A stretch of 64,000 nt of DNA, taken from assembly GCA_965223325.1 (NCBI GenBank), contig CBDCWI010000001.1:1504001-1568000 (forward strand), in the 5' to 3' direction. Source of the stretch: Candidatus Multivoradales bacterium. Its GTDB lineage: Bacteria > Acidobacteriota > Thermoanaerobaculia > Multivoradales > Multivoraceae. The position numbers and the translations under genes are program-made. The number at the start of each line of letters is the position of its first letter. The stretch's first letter is position 1. The notes below the pieces were generated by a model. That model was not told where the DNA came from, ran no database searches, and saw nothing but the letters and a program-made list of their open reading frames with translations. This document shows positions 28,924 through 38,746 of the stretch, in pieces.

Positions 28924-31900
28924 CTACTTACTGCGCAGTGCCTCGGTGTCGAGGACCGGCTGAAAGGCACCGTTCGAGTAGTAGTTCTTCTCGCGGCCGG
29001 TGACTTTGTCCTGCACATTGATCAACACCTCGACGTCGGTGAGGCCGCCGGCGAAGACCCAGAAATGGCCGTTCAGTTTGCGCGCGTCGAGAACCTTGAC
29101 CAGCAACTCGACGTTGGTGTTCTTGAAGAACCAGAAGTAGCCGGTGTCTTTGGTGAGCTGCACCGGCTGACCAGCGCCCTCGTTGCCGTTCTTGTCGCGG
29201 AAGGCAACGCGGATACGGAAGCGGTCCTGGTTGAGGCACAGGCTACCCGGGGCGCAGGCGCCTTCTTCCTGTGACGCGAGGTTCTCGGTGTGAATGCTCA
29301 GCACTTCGGCCAGTGACCAGCGCTCTGGCAGCTCGCGAGCGATGTCGCCGGCCGTCGCCACGCTTCCGGCTTCGGTACTTCGCTTGATCGAGCAGGTGCG
29401 GAAGCCCTGGGTGTCCTGGACCGGTGCGAAGGCACTGCCCACCGGGTTCGCGTACTCACGCGCCACGCCGGTGGCGGTGTCTGTCACGCGCAGCGTCACG
29501 CCGACATCGGTGAGCCCAGCGGCAAACACCCAGTAGGAGCCGTTGAGGTTGCAGGCGTTGAGCACCTTGACTACCAGCTCGACGTTCGACTGGTCGAAGA
29601 AGTAGAAGTAGCCGGTGTCGGGCGTCAGCGGTACCTTGATGCCTCCGTCGGCCTCGTTGCGCTTGTTGGCCCAGAAGGCCTCGACCTTGAAGCGACCCTG
29701 GTTGAGGCACAGCGAGAACTCATCCTCGGTGACTTTGCAGCCCAGCGTTGGCGCCTTATAGGTACCGCGACGGTAGATCGCCGGCATGGTGGCGTCGGCC
29801 ATCCAGGAGCGGGGCTCACCGGTTGGCGTGATCTTGTCTCCCGCCAGCGGAACGCGCCACAGGCCGGCGCCGGTCGGGGTCTTGCCACCGTCGGGGGCTG
29901 AGAACACGACGGCCCGGTCGTCGCCGGTGTAGCTGGCGGCAGCCGGGGTACCCCGGAACGCCACCGGTACGTCGTAGGCGCCGCGGTAGAACTCGAGGGT
30001 GACCACGTTGGTCACGTCGTCGGCTACGTCGTAGAGCTCGAAGACGATGTGCTGGTCGTCGGTGTTGGCGACCGACGGGAAGCCCATTTCGATGCCCGGA
30101 GCCGGCGGCGCTACGGAAAACACGGTGCCGGTGACGAGGTCGAGGGCATAGATGCTCCAGCTCGACACCTCTTGCCCGCCGACGCGGTAGACATTGAGCG
30201 CGTCGTAGAACAGGAACCGATTGTTGCCCGAGAAGTCGAGCGCATCGGCGTAGGCAATGCTCGTCGCACCGCCGTGTGATGTTGCGCCCTCCAGGGTAAC
30301 GGTCTGTTCCTGGTCCGTGGCCAGGTTGATGAGGTGGATCTGGTTGGTTGGCCGGCCGCGACCATCGCGAAGGACGAAGGCGAACAGATGACCGGAGGGG
30401 GACATGGCAACCGAGTGCACCGCTCCCGGCACACCCAGGCAGGACTCTTCGGCGGTCCTGGTGTCGATGAAACAGGCGTCGTTGTTGGCCGCGACGAAGA
30501 ACGCCAGGCTACCGTTGCCGGTGACGTGGGGCTTCTGAAAGACCGAACCGCTTCGATCCAGAATGACGCCGAACTCGGGGTCTTTGAGTTTCGACTCCTT
30601 GCGGCCAAGCCGGACCCGACCAGCGTCGCGGTCGAAGAAGGTAAAGAGTGTCGCGTCGTTGCCAGCAACTGGCGGGACCTTTGGCGGTGGAGGTGGTGCC
30701 GGTTCGGTGCCGCGAATGCCTACCGCGTCGAAACCCGCCCGGACGCCGCGGTACTCGGCGCTGTTGGCGCCATGCATTTCCCGCGCCGAGTCGAGCACCG
30801 CGTCGCGCAGATCGCGGAACTGCGAGTGCGCTGTGAGATGACGGGTCTGGGCGCGATAGAAGATCTTGACGGCCTTGTCGAAGCCGATCGCCTTCGTGCC
30901 GCCCTCGGCAATGAGGTAGAAGGCGTGGTTGATGATGCCGCTGTTGGTGTGGACGCCGCCATGGTCGCGGGTCATCTTCCGGTAGTCGGAGTAGTGCGAT
31001 GGGTCACCATAGTCTTCTGGCCTTCTCATCGATCGAAGCGTGTGGACGTTGGCTCCCATCAGCCAGTCATTCGAGCCGGTCACGTAACGCTCGGCGGCCT
31101 CGCCGTGAATGTCCGCCAGGGCTTCGTCCATCGCGCCGGACTCGTTCTGGTACACCAGGCTGGCACTGTAGGCGTCGACCCCGTGCGCCATCTCATGTCC
31201 AGCTACGTCAAGTGCACCGGCGAGACTCATCGGCAGGCCGTTCGGCACTCCATAGACCATCACGTCACCGAGGCTTGGAACGAAGGCGGCGTTGTTGACA
31301 AAGTCACCCGCCACTCGAACGATGTTGAGCAACCGACGGCCACGGTTGTCGTAGGAGTCTCGCTTGTGCACCTGCCGGAAGTAGTCGTAGACAACTGACG
31401 AATTCTGCGCAGCGGACACTGCATCGGGAGGATTCCAACTGGAGGCCGACGACGAGGTGACGTAACGGAAGTTCCCATCTGCAGGACCACCTCGCGCATC
31501 GATAGTCGTGATGATGCCCGGCGTTTTCGGATCGAGCGGATTACCACCCTTGTACATCGGCTTCGACGTATCGATCAGGTAGTACGTGCCATTCGAACGC
31601 CAGCTGACCAGGTTCACCGTCCGACCATGCAGATCACGACCAGTCCCTGATGCCGCCTGGTGGTTCACCGTTTCGACGGAGCCGAGAACGACGCCATGCT
31701 GCGCGTCAACGAAAACCTGGGGGACTTCGAGAAGATCCCGCTCGACGAGCACCTTCCACGCCAACCTCGGTGAGGAAAACGACGAGCGCGAGTAGAAGAC
31801 GAGCTCGGCACCCAGCACCTTCGACGACGCATCGTCGCCCCGGGCAATCGCTTCGGCGTGCGCTCTGTCGACGCTGGCGATCGCACGTGTGCGACGTGGG

Positions 31901-32571
31901 GTTGGGAAATAGGCGCCATCGATGAGGTCGAGGTCGCCGTAAGCGTTGAAGTGGGCTGAAAGCTCGGCGCCCCAGACCGGAATCCCCATGAACTGCTGCT
32001 GGTAGCGAATCCGCGCTCGACCCGACTCGTCTTGCTCTTCGGTGCGGTAGAGCAACTCGGCCGACGGGTCGTCGAGCCGCAGAAGGTCGCGGTTGGCGCG
32101 GAAGAAGTTCGCGGCCATGCGATTGCGGAGAACACCCGGCTCGAGCGAGGCGTCTTCCTGTTTTGGTGTTAGAACTTCGCCGCGGATGCGGCGCACGGTG
32201 CTGTTGTGTGCCCGCACCGAAACCTCGACGTCGCGGCCTATGCGCTCGGTAATCGACGACATGCCAGAAGTCGCGGCCTCTTCGGCCCGCATCAGGGTCT
32301 CGGTACTCACCAGGGCGTGCACCGAGCCACTCAGTCGCGGCACCAGAACGGCGGTATCCGGCGCGGGAGCGTTGATCGCCTCGCTGTGTGACCCTGCCGC
32401 GTCGTACGGAATGGGCTGAACGAAGAGCTCGGGGAGGCTCGACGGAGCCTGCGGGTCCTCGTGCCGGGGCTGGGCCGCGGCTTCTTTCGGCGCGAGCAGA
32501 AAGAAGAGAACGATGATCAACGCCGGAGCGGCGAGGTAGCCAGTGAGAAAGCTGGTTGCACGGTATTTCAC
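28924..32571 (-). CDS. Secreted M4 (thermolysin-like) metallopeptidase with propeller and duplicated C-terminal domain
   Basis: FTP/PepSY pro-region; NNAAF, HEMAH, GAMDEALAD, GGVHTNSG; two 'LCL..RF...DTGYFxFF..NVELxVKVL' repeats; GGAG before GTG 32571. Confidence 0.9.
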   Translation of the reverse strand: MKYRATSFLTGYLAAPALIIVLFFLLAPKEAAAQPRHEDPQAPSSLPELFVQPIPYDAAGSHSEAINAPAPDTAVLVPRLSGSVHALVSTETLMRAEEAATSGMSSITERIGRDVEVSVRAHNSTVRRIRGEVLTPKQEDASLEPGVLRNRMAANFFRANRDLLRLDDPSAELLYRTEEQDESGRARIRYQQQFMGIPVWGAELSAHFNAYGDLDLIDGAYFPTPRRTRAIASVDRAHAEAIARGDDASSKVLGAELVFYSRSSFSSPRLAWKVLVERDLLEVPQVFVDAQHGVVLGSVETVNHQAASGTGRDLHGRTVNLVSWRSNGTYYLIDTSKPMYKGGNPLDPKTPGIITTIDARGGPADGNFRYVTSSSASSWNPPDAVSAAQNSSVVYDYFRQVHKRDSYDNRGRRLLNIVRVAGDFVNNAAFVPSLGDVMVYGVPNGLPMSLAGALDVAGHEMAHGVDAYSASLVYQNESGAMDEALADIHGEAAERYVTGSNDWLMGANVHTLRSMRRPEDYGDPSHYSDYRKMTRDHGGVHTNSGIINHAFYLIAEGGTKAIGFDKAVKIFYRAQTRHLTAHSQFRDLRDAVLDSAREMHGANSAEYRGVRAGFDAVGIRGTEPAPPPPPKVPPVAGNDATLFTFFDRDAGRVRLGRKESKLKDPEFGVILDRSGSVFQKPHVTGNGSLAFFVAANNDACFIDTRTAEESCLGVPGAVHSVAMSPSGHLFAFVLRDGRGRPTNQIHLINLATDQEQTVTLEGATSHGGATSIAYADALDFSGNNRFLFYDALNVYRVGGQEVSSWSIYALDLVTGTVFSVAPPAPGIEMGFPSVANTDDQHIVFELYDVADDVTNVVTLEFYRGAYDVPVAFRGTPAAASYTGDDRAVVFSAPDGGKTPTGAGLWRVPLAGDKITPTGEPRSWMADATMPAIYRRGTYKAPTLGCKVTEDEFSLCLNQGRFKVEAFWANKRNEADGGIKVPLTPDTGYFYFFDQSNVELVVKVLNACNLNGSYWVFAAGLTDVGVTLRVTDTATGVAREYANPVGSAFAPVQDTQGFRTCSIKRSTEAGSVATAGDIARELPERWSLAEVLSIHTENLASQEEGACAPGSLCLNQDRFRIRVAFRDKNGNEGAGQPVQLTKDTGYFWFFKNTNVELLVKVLDARKLNGHFWVFAGGLTDVEVLINVQDKVTGREKNYYSNGAFQPVLDTEALRSK

Positions 32572-32706
32572 GGTCGGTCTCCAGGAAGTTCGGGGCCCCA
32601 GGAGGGGGTAGAGGGCCTTCAACCAGTGCCTTTCCGGGAAAGCGGAGGTTTGTTACAGCCCCCAGCGACAGGCCTCGCGGGGCCCAAGGCCCGGTAGGCT
32701 GCCGGG

Positions 32707-33438
32707 ATGCGTAGAAGCGACCAGCGCGCTGGGCGTCAGGCACCGCTCCTGACCCCTTTCGGCGAAGGAGTCTGGCTGGCCAATCAGCCGGTGCGGATCC
32801 TCGGGACGCGCCTCACCAGCACGATGGCCGTCCTCCGACTGGCCGGAAACGACCTCCTGCTCTTTTCGCCGATCGCACTTACCTCCCGCCTCCAGAGAGC
32901 CCTCGAGGACCTGGGCCGCATCGCCCACCTCTATGCGCCCAACCTGTTTCATCACCTTTCCATCGGCGAATGGTCGGCGGCCTACCCGGAGGCCAGGCTG
33001 CACGCGCCCGCTGGGCTCGGCAGGAAGCGCCCCGACCTCAAAATCGACCGCGTTCACGGCAATGCGAAGGAGCCCGCCTTCGAGGGGGTCGTCGACGAGT
33101 TGCCGATCGCGGGCTTTCGACTGGCGGAGACAGTCCTCTACTACCGCCCGGCGAAGACCCTCGTGGTGGCCGACCTCGTCCACAATGTCGGTCGCCCCGA
33201 GGGCACCTGGACCCGGATCTACGCGCAGGCGATGGGCTTCTACGATCGGGTCGCCCTCAGTCGCGCTATCCGCTGGACAGCTTGGAGCGACAAGGCGGCG
33301 GCCCGCAAGAGCCTCGATGATCTGCTGGCGCTTCCCATCGAGAGACTCGTCGTCGGACACGGCGCTCCGATCGACCATCGGGCCCAGGAGTCCGTAGCAA
33401 ACGCTTTCGGCTGGCTACCGAGTACCCCGTACCATTGA
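32707..33438 (+). CDS. DUF4336-like protein
   Basis: TMAVLRL, FSPI, APNLFHHL, TLVVADL, VGHG; last codons supplied by the MITE left IR. Confidence 0.8.
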   Translation: MRRSDQRAGRQAPLLTPFGEGVWLANQPVRILGTRLTSTMAVLRLAGNDLLLFSPIALTSRLQRALEDLGRIAHLYAPNLFHHLSIGEWSAAYPEARLHAPAGLGRKRPDLKIDRVHGNAKEPAFEGVVDELPIAGFRLAETVLYYRPAKTLVVADLVHNVGRPEGTWTRIYAQAMGFYDRVALSRAIRWTAWSDKAAARKSLDDLLALPIERLVVGHGAPIDHRAQESVANAFGWLPSTPYH

Positions 33439-33582
33439 AACGCACAGCGTCTGCGCGGTCCTCGCGCTCGATCTCTGTGTTGTCACTCCTCGACAGATCA
33501 CCGATATGCCTCTGTCGTGACGCCTTGATCTCGAGCACGACCATCCGCTCACCCACTATCTGTTTCAATGGTACGGGGTACT
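33421..33582. mobile_element. Non-autonomous MITE, 162 bp, perfect 21-bp terminal inverted repeats
   Basis: AGTACCCCGTACCATTGAAAC (33421-41) / GTTTCAATGGTACGGGGTACT (33562-82); right end in CTAG; internal CGACAGA/TCTGTCG stem. Confidence 0.85.
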
Positions 33583-33672
33583 AGACCTTCCGAAGAGACT
33601 TGAAGCTACGATGGTTCACCCACGCACGCCGGAGATGGCCAGTGACACCCACCCTCAACTCCAGAGCCCCGC

Positions 33673-34143
33673 ATGACCACCCGTGACGGGGCGGCCGTCC
33701 GCGTCCCGCCGCCGCTCGTCTTCCTAAGCCTCCTGATTGCCGGCTTCCTGCTGCAGCGGCTGGTCTACTCGCTGCCGCTTCCAGTGCCGCGCCTTCCTCG
33801 ATTGCTCATCGCGGCCATCCTGGGAGCAACCGGCTTCTACCTCCTGGGTAGCGCGGCTTCCCTGTTCAAGAAGACCGGGCAGGACCCGAAGCCATGGGTC
33901 AACACGCCCGAGATCGTAAGCACCGGCATCTACCGGCTCACACGTAACCCGATGTACGTAGGCATGGCGCTCATCCAGCTGGCATGCGGGCTGTGGCTCT
34001 CCAACCCGTGGATCATCGCGCTCCTCCCGCTCTCAATGTTTATCGTCCAGCAAACCGCGATTCGCCACGAAGAGGCCTATCTCGAGGAGAAGTTCGGCGA
34101 GGGCTACCTCGAATACAAACGCCGCGTACGCCGCTGGCTCTAG
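33673..34143 (+). CDS. Isoprenylcysteine carboxylmethyltransferase/PEMT family membrane protein
   Basis: VPPPL, TGIYRLTRNPMYVG, EEAYLEEKFGEGYLEYKRRVRRWL. Confidence 0.92.
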   Translation: MTTRDGAAVRVPPPLVFLSLLIAGFLLQRLVYSLPLPVPRLPRLLIAAILGATGFYLLGSAASLFKKTGQDPKPWVNTPEIVSTGIYRLTRNPMYVGMALIQLACGLWLSNPWIIALLPLSMFIVQQTAIRHEEAYLEEKFGEGYLEYKRRVRRWL

Positions 34144-34208
34144 CCCCTGGTCACTCAGGCGCCGTAACCGGTCGCCTGGTGAGGCACAATAGTCCCGTCC
34201 TGACGTAT

Positions 34209-34703
34209 ATGAACGAAAGAACCACGATTCCTGCCCCGAAGAAGGCGACCCTCTCGCCGCTTCGCCATAGCGCCTGCTTCACGTGTGCGGGGCTCCTGGC
34301 ATGCGCGAGCCTCGTGTTTTGCGGCCTCGATGGGCTCATGTCTGGCCACGTCCACGTGCAGGATGGTTCGACACTCCACCACCGGCACCTTTTTGCCGGT
34401 GCGCATCAGCATGATGGCGAAGACGACCAGCACGCAGCAGACGAGTCCGGCAGGCTAGCTACGGAGACCGCCGACCCCGTAGAAGACCATCACGGTTCGG
34501 AGAAAGAAGCTCCAGAGAGCAGCAAGAGCACGATCTCGACGCTCGAACTCACCAACAGTCTCCAGGCGGAGACTCTCTCGGGCTCCCTGCTCGCCGCACT
34601 GCCTCTTGTCGCATTGCGCGTCGAGGTACGCCGCTCCGCCGCCCCCACTCGGTTCTACTTGACCGAGGGGCCACGGCCGCCGCCGCAAGCGCGACCTGGC
34701 TGA
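34209..34703 (+). CDS. His-rich leader protein with C-terminal RPPP (DUF2946/CruR-like)
   Basis: One TM helix, then GHVHVQDGSTLHHRHLFAGAHQH, an acidic linker and TEGPRPPP; directly upstream of a TonB receptor. Confidence 0.6.
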   Translation: MNERTTIPAPKKATLSPLRHSACFTCAGLLACASLVFCGLDGLMSGHVHVQDGSTLHHRHLFAGAHQHDGEDDQHAADESGRLATETADPVEDHHGSEKEAPESSKSTISTLELTNSLQAETLSGSLLAALPLVALRVEVRRSAAPTRFYLTEGPRPPPQARPG

Positions 34704-34910
34704 CGTCGCCGGGCTCTCCCAGGCCTTCTTGCAGTCCCGGCCGCCCCCAACCTAAAGGTATTCGTGTGTCCCCGTCGCCAGACGACAGGGGACGACTTGG
34801 CATGCCCTCTCTCTGGGCGGCATAGCCGCATGCAGCTCGATCCTCCAAACGGCGGATCTGACCTCCGTTGCGCTAGACGTCCCGCTAGCGCTTCAAAAGA
34901 GAAGATCATC

Positions 34911-37076
34911 ATGAGTATGGACTTAGCTCCCCCTCCTACCGGCAGACCCCTGCCTCAGATTCGGTTGCCGCGAGGTGTCGCGATTCTCGCGGCCCTGGTC
35001 TTTGCAAACGGCATCCTCCTGGCACAGGAATCCGAGCCAGAAACCGCCGAGTCTCCAGGCGACGTACAGGAATCGCCCGGAGAAACTGATGGGTTCGGCG
35101 ACGAGATCGACGTGGTCGAGCGGGGGGACGACATGGTCGGCATCGCCGTTTCGGCTACCGAGGGCAGCACCGGACGCGTCGACTTGAGCCGCCGCGCCCT
35201 CTTGCGCTCAGGCGACGTCGTCGAGACGGTGCCAGGCATGGTCGCGACGCAGCACAGCGGGGGCGGCAAAGCGAACCAGTACTTCATTCGCGGCTTCAAT
35301 CTGGATCACGGCACCGACTTCTCCATCTCCGTCGACGGTGTGCCAGTCAACATGCCGACCCACGGTCACGGCCAGGGTTACGCCGACATGAACTTCCTGA
35401 TTCCCGAACTGATTCAGCGGGCCCGCTATCGCAAGGGCCCCTACTGGGCAGGGGTCGGCGACTTCTCGACCGCCGGCAGCCTCGACATCGACCTGATCGA
35501 CCGTCTACCAGAGTCGTTGATTTCGGTGAGCGCTGGCAGCAACTCTTACGGTCGACTTCTGTTCGCCGACAGCTTCGAGGTCGAGAATGGAACCTTGCTG
35601 GCGGCAATCGAAGGTTTCCACGACGACGGCCCCTACGATCGCCCCGAAGACTTCAGGGTCGCGCGCGGCTTGCTGCGCTACAGCCAGCGAAACGGCGACC
35701 GGCGCTTCAGCTTGACCGCGATGGGCTACGACGGCGAGTGGCTTTCGTCTGACCAGATTCCGCAGCGGGCAGTCGATGATGGTTCGATCTCGCGCTTCGG
35801 CCTGATCGACCCCGGACCTCGCGGCACGACCCAACGCTTCAGTCTGTCGGCAGAGGCGCTTCGCCCGCGCGAGAACGGTGGCGACCGCCTTTCGGCCTAT
35901 GTCATGTCCTACGACTTCTCGCTGGTCGGCAACTTCACCTACTTTCTCGACAACCCGGAGCTCGGCGACCAGGTGCTCCAGCGCGACGACCGCTTCGTAG
36001 CCGGCGCCGAGCTCTCGCGAAGCTGGCTCACCAGGCTCTGGCGTCGGCCACTCGAGGTGACCTCCGGAGTCCAAGTGCGCTACGACGACCTCACCAACCA
36101 ACTCGACCGTACGCGCGTTCACGAGGACCGCATTCAGCTCTTCGCTCCGGTCTTGCGCGCCGACGTCGAGCTGATCACCGGCGGCCCCTTCATCGAAGGC
36201 AGCATGCGTGTCAACGACTGGTTCCGGTGGTCCGGCGGAGTCCGCCTAGACGGCTACCAGGCGGACGTGGCGAGTGATCGCGCGGTCAACTCGGGGAGCG
36301 TCTCGGACACACTCATCAGTCCCAAGCTGAGCCTCGCCTTCGGTCCCTGGAAGCAAACCGAGATCTACGTCAACTACGGGCGTGGATTTCACAGCAACGA
36401 TGCCAAGGGAGCTGTGATCACCGTCGACCCCAGCACGGGCGATGCCGCCGACCGCGCCGAACCGTTGGTCGCGACCGAAGGCTTCGATGTCGGCTTTCGC
36501 ACCACCGCCATCCCTGGCCTGCAGAGCACCGTGACTCTGTTCAGCCTCGAGCTCGGCTCCGAGCTGATTTTCGTCGGCGACGCTGGCGTCACCGAGGCCG
36601 GTCGACCGAGCCGTCGCCTGGGCGTCGAGTGGACCAATCACTACCAGGTGAGTCCGGTCCTCTGGACCGACTTCGACGCCACCTGGACCGACGCTGAGTT
36701 TCGAGACGACGACCCCGCCGGCCGCGAGATCCCAGGCTCAGTGGGCAGGACCCTTGCCGCAGGGCTGTCGTTTTCCAACGACGGCCCCTGGTCAGCGTCA
36801 CTGCGCTGGCGCTACTTCGGCGACATTCCCCTGGTCGAAGACGGCTCGCGCATCTGGTCGAGTAGCGCAACGTTCAACGGGCAAGTCGGCTATCGCTTCG
36901 AAAACGGTCTCGAACTATCGCTTGAAGGGTTCAACCTGACCGATCGCGAGGACGACGACGTCCAGTACTACTACGCCTCACGGCTGCCCGGAGAGCCGGC
37001 CGACGGCATCGAGGACATTCACTTTCACCCCCTACCGGAGCGGTCCCTTCGACTGTCCCTGACCTGGCAACCCTGA
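34911..37076 (+). CDS. TonB-dependent receptor (probable metal uptake)
   Basis: Plug TQHSGGGKANQYFIRGFNLDHGTD, HGHGQGYAD; barrel SPKLSLAF, GFHSND, NLTD; C-terminal LTWQP. Confidence 0.92.
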   Translation: MSMDLAPPPTGRPLPQIRLPRGVAILAALVFANGILLAQESEPETAESPGDVQESPGETDGFGDEIDVVERGDDMVGIAVSATEGSTGRVDLSRRALLRSGDVVETVPGMVATQHSGGGKANQYFIRGFNLDHGTDFSISVDGVPVNMPTHGHGQGYADMNFLIPELIQRARYRKGPYWAGVGDFSTAGSLDIDLIDRLPESLISVSAGSNSYGRLLFADSFEVENGTLLAAIEGFHDDGPYDRPEDFRVARGLLRYSQRNGDRRFSLTAMGYDGEWLSSDQIPQRAVDDGSISRFGLIDPGPRGTTQRFSLSAEALRPRENGGDRLSAYVMSYDFSLVGNFTYFLDNPELGDQVLQRDDRFVAGAELSRSWLTRLWRRPLEVTSGVQVRYDDLTNQLDRTRVHEDRIQLFAPVLRADVELITGGPFIEGSMRVNDWFRWSGGVRLDGYQADVASDRAVNSGSVSDTLISPKLSLAFGPWKQTEIYVNYGRGFHSNDAKGAVITVDPSTGDAADRAEPLVATEGFDVGFRTTAIPGLQSTVTLFSLELGSELIFVGDAGVTEAGRPSRRLGVEWTNHYQVSPVLWTDFDATWTDAEFRDDDPAGREIPGSVGRTLAAGLSFSNDGPWSASLRWRYFGDIPLVEDGSRIWSSSATFNGQVGYRFENGLELSLEGFNLTDREDDDVQYYYASRLPGEPADGIEDIHFHPLPERSLRLSLTWQP

Positions 37077-37101
37077 ACTCGACCTGCGGTAACGTCGAGA
37101 G

Positions 37102-37431
37102 ATGACTTCCAACGACCATCCCAACGACAAACTCTTCTGGAACCTGGCCGAGGAGCACCTGGCAGGTCGCGGTGCCGAGCGCGGCACGATGATGGGCTCC
37201 CCTTGCCTGCGAACGAACGGTGACTTCTACGCCACCGTGCATCGCAAGACCAAGCAGCTGATCGTCAAGCTGCCGGAGGCGCGCGCCCTGGCACTGATCG
37301 AAGGCGGGACCGGCACCGAGTTCAAGCCCGCCGGCAGGGTGTTCCGCGAGTGGCTGGCGGTATCCGACGTCGACCGTCTGACCTGGGGCAACCTCATGGA
37401 GGAGGCGCGCGTTTTCGTTGCAGGCGAGTGA
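37102..37431 (+). CDS. Small TfoX-N/YjbR-like protein
   Basis: GTMMGSPCLRTNG, LIVKLP, GRVFREW. Confidence 0.7.
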   Translation: MTSNDHPNDKLFWNLAEEHLAGRGAERGTMMGSPCLRTNGDFYATVHRKTKQLIVKLPEARALALIEGGTGTEFKPAGRVFREWLAVSDVDRLTWGNLMEEARVFVAGE

Positions 37432-37509
37432 ACGAACGACGTTCCCAACCCCCTGAATCCGCGCAAGAAGCCTGGCAGGCGTCCTAACGGTAGGATTCAG
37501 CGCTAAACA

Positions 37510-37540
37510 TGAAATCTCGGAGTCTTACTCCGATTTTTCA
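37510..37540. promoter_or_regulatory. Inverted repeat upstream of the AAA gene (candidate operator)
   Basis: TGAAA..TCGGAGT-CTT-ACTCCGA..TTTCA, followed by TAGAAT. Confidence 0.45.
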
Positions 37541-37555
37541 TGGTAGAATTTTCCC

Positions 37556-38707
37556 GTGATTGCTCGAAAAGCTCATACGGAGCGCATCGAAGCGCTCTTG
37601 AAGCGGAACCCGGTGGTGGCCATTCTCGGCGCCCGCCAGACCGGAAAGACGACCCTCGCCAACCAGATCCTCAAGTCGCGCCGCAAGGGCACCCGCTTCG
37701 ACCTCGAGGATTCCGCAGATGTCGCAAGGCTAGCCAGCCCTGGCGTGGCGCTCAGCGAACTTCGTGGCCTGGTCGTGATTGACGAGATCCAGCGACGGCC
37801 CGAGTTGTTTCCGTCGCTACGAGTCCTGGCGGATCGCAAGCCGCTTCCGGCGCGCTTTCTCGTTCTGGGAAGCGCTTCCCCCGAGCTTCTTCGTCAGTCA
37901 TCCGAGTCCCTCGCGGGCCGCATCGCTTTTCATACGCTCCCTGGATTCGACCTGATGGAGGTCGGCGACCAGAACTTTCATCGCCGCTGGCTGCGCGGTG
38001 GGTTCCCGCGGTCGTACCTCGCTCGCAGCCAAGCAGACAGCTTCGCCTGGAGGCAGGACTTCATCCGAACCTTCGTAGAACGAGATCTCCCTCAGTTGGG
38101 AATCGGCGTATCCGCTTCGACCATGGAGCGCTTCTGGACGATGCTGGCTCACTACCATGGTCAAACCTGGAACGGTTCTGAAATCGCACGAGCCTTCGGG
38201 GTCACCGACAAGACCGTCCGCCGATACCTCGACGATCTCACGTCCGCACTCGTCGTTCGGCAACTCAAGCCGTGGTTCGCGAACATCGGCAAGCGGCAAG
38301 TGAAGTCACCCAAGATCTACATCGCTGACAGCGGCTTGCTGCACGCACTTCTCGACGTTCGAGATCGCCGCGACCTCGATCGGCACCCCAAGGTCGGTGC
38401 CTCCTGGGAGGGCTTCATGATGAACCAGGTCGCACGTGCTCTCGGCCAAGACTCTGGGGCGCTGTACTTCTGGGCAACCCACACCGGCGCCGAACTCGAT
38501 CTCTTATGGACTCGGGGCCGCAAGCGCATCGGCTTCGAGTTCAAACTCACCGACGCTCCCAGACTGACCCGGTCGATGAGGTCAGCCCTCGAGGCTCTCG
38601 AACTGTCGAAGCTCTGGGTTGTTCATGCCGGGCAGCATCGGTTCCCGATGCACGAAAAGGCCGAGGCGCTGGGCGCCCGGGATCTCTCTTCAACCAGGCT
38701 GGTCTAG
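37556..38707 (+). CDS. AAA_14 / DUF4143 ATP-binding protein
   Basis: GARQTGKT, IDEIQ, LGSAS, SESLAGR, GGFP, KSPKIYIADSG, ELDL, FEFK. Confidence 0.92.
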   Translation: MIARKAHTERIEALLKRNPVVAILGARQTGKTTLANQILKSRRKGTRFDLEDSADVARLASPGVALSELRGLVVIDEIQRRPELFPSLRVLADRKPLPARFLVLGSASPELLRQSSESLAGRIAFHTLPGFDLMEVGDQNFHRRWLRGGFPRSYLARSQADSFAWRQDFIRTFVERDLPQLGIGVSASTMERFWTMLAHYHGQTWNGSEIARAFGVTDKTVRRYLDDLTSALVVRQLKPWFANIGKRQVKSPKIYIADSGLLHALLDVRDRRDLDRHPKVGASWEGFMMNQVARALGQDSGALYFWATHTGAELDLLWTRGRKRIGFEFKLTDAPRLTRSMRSALEALELSKLWVVHAGQHRFPMHEKAEALGARDLSSTRLV

Positions 38708-38746
38708 AGGCCCGGTCCCCGCCCACCATCTCGTTGACTACAGTGC

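Noticed and set aside
28743-29003. Small ORF or gene remnant between the CocE and M4 genes
   Set aside because: No recognisable motif or RBS; overlaps the 3' end of the M4 gene
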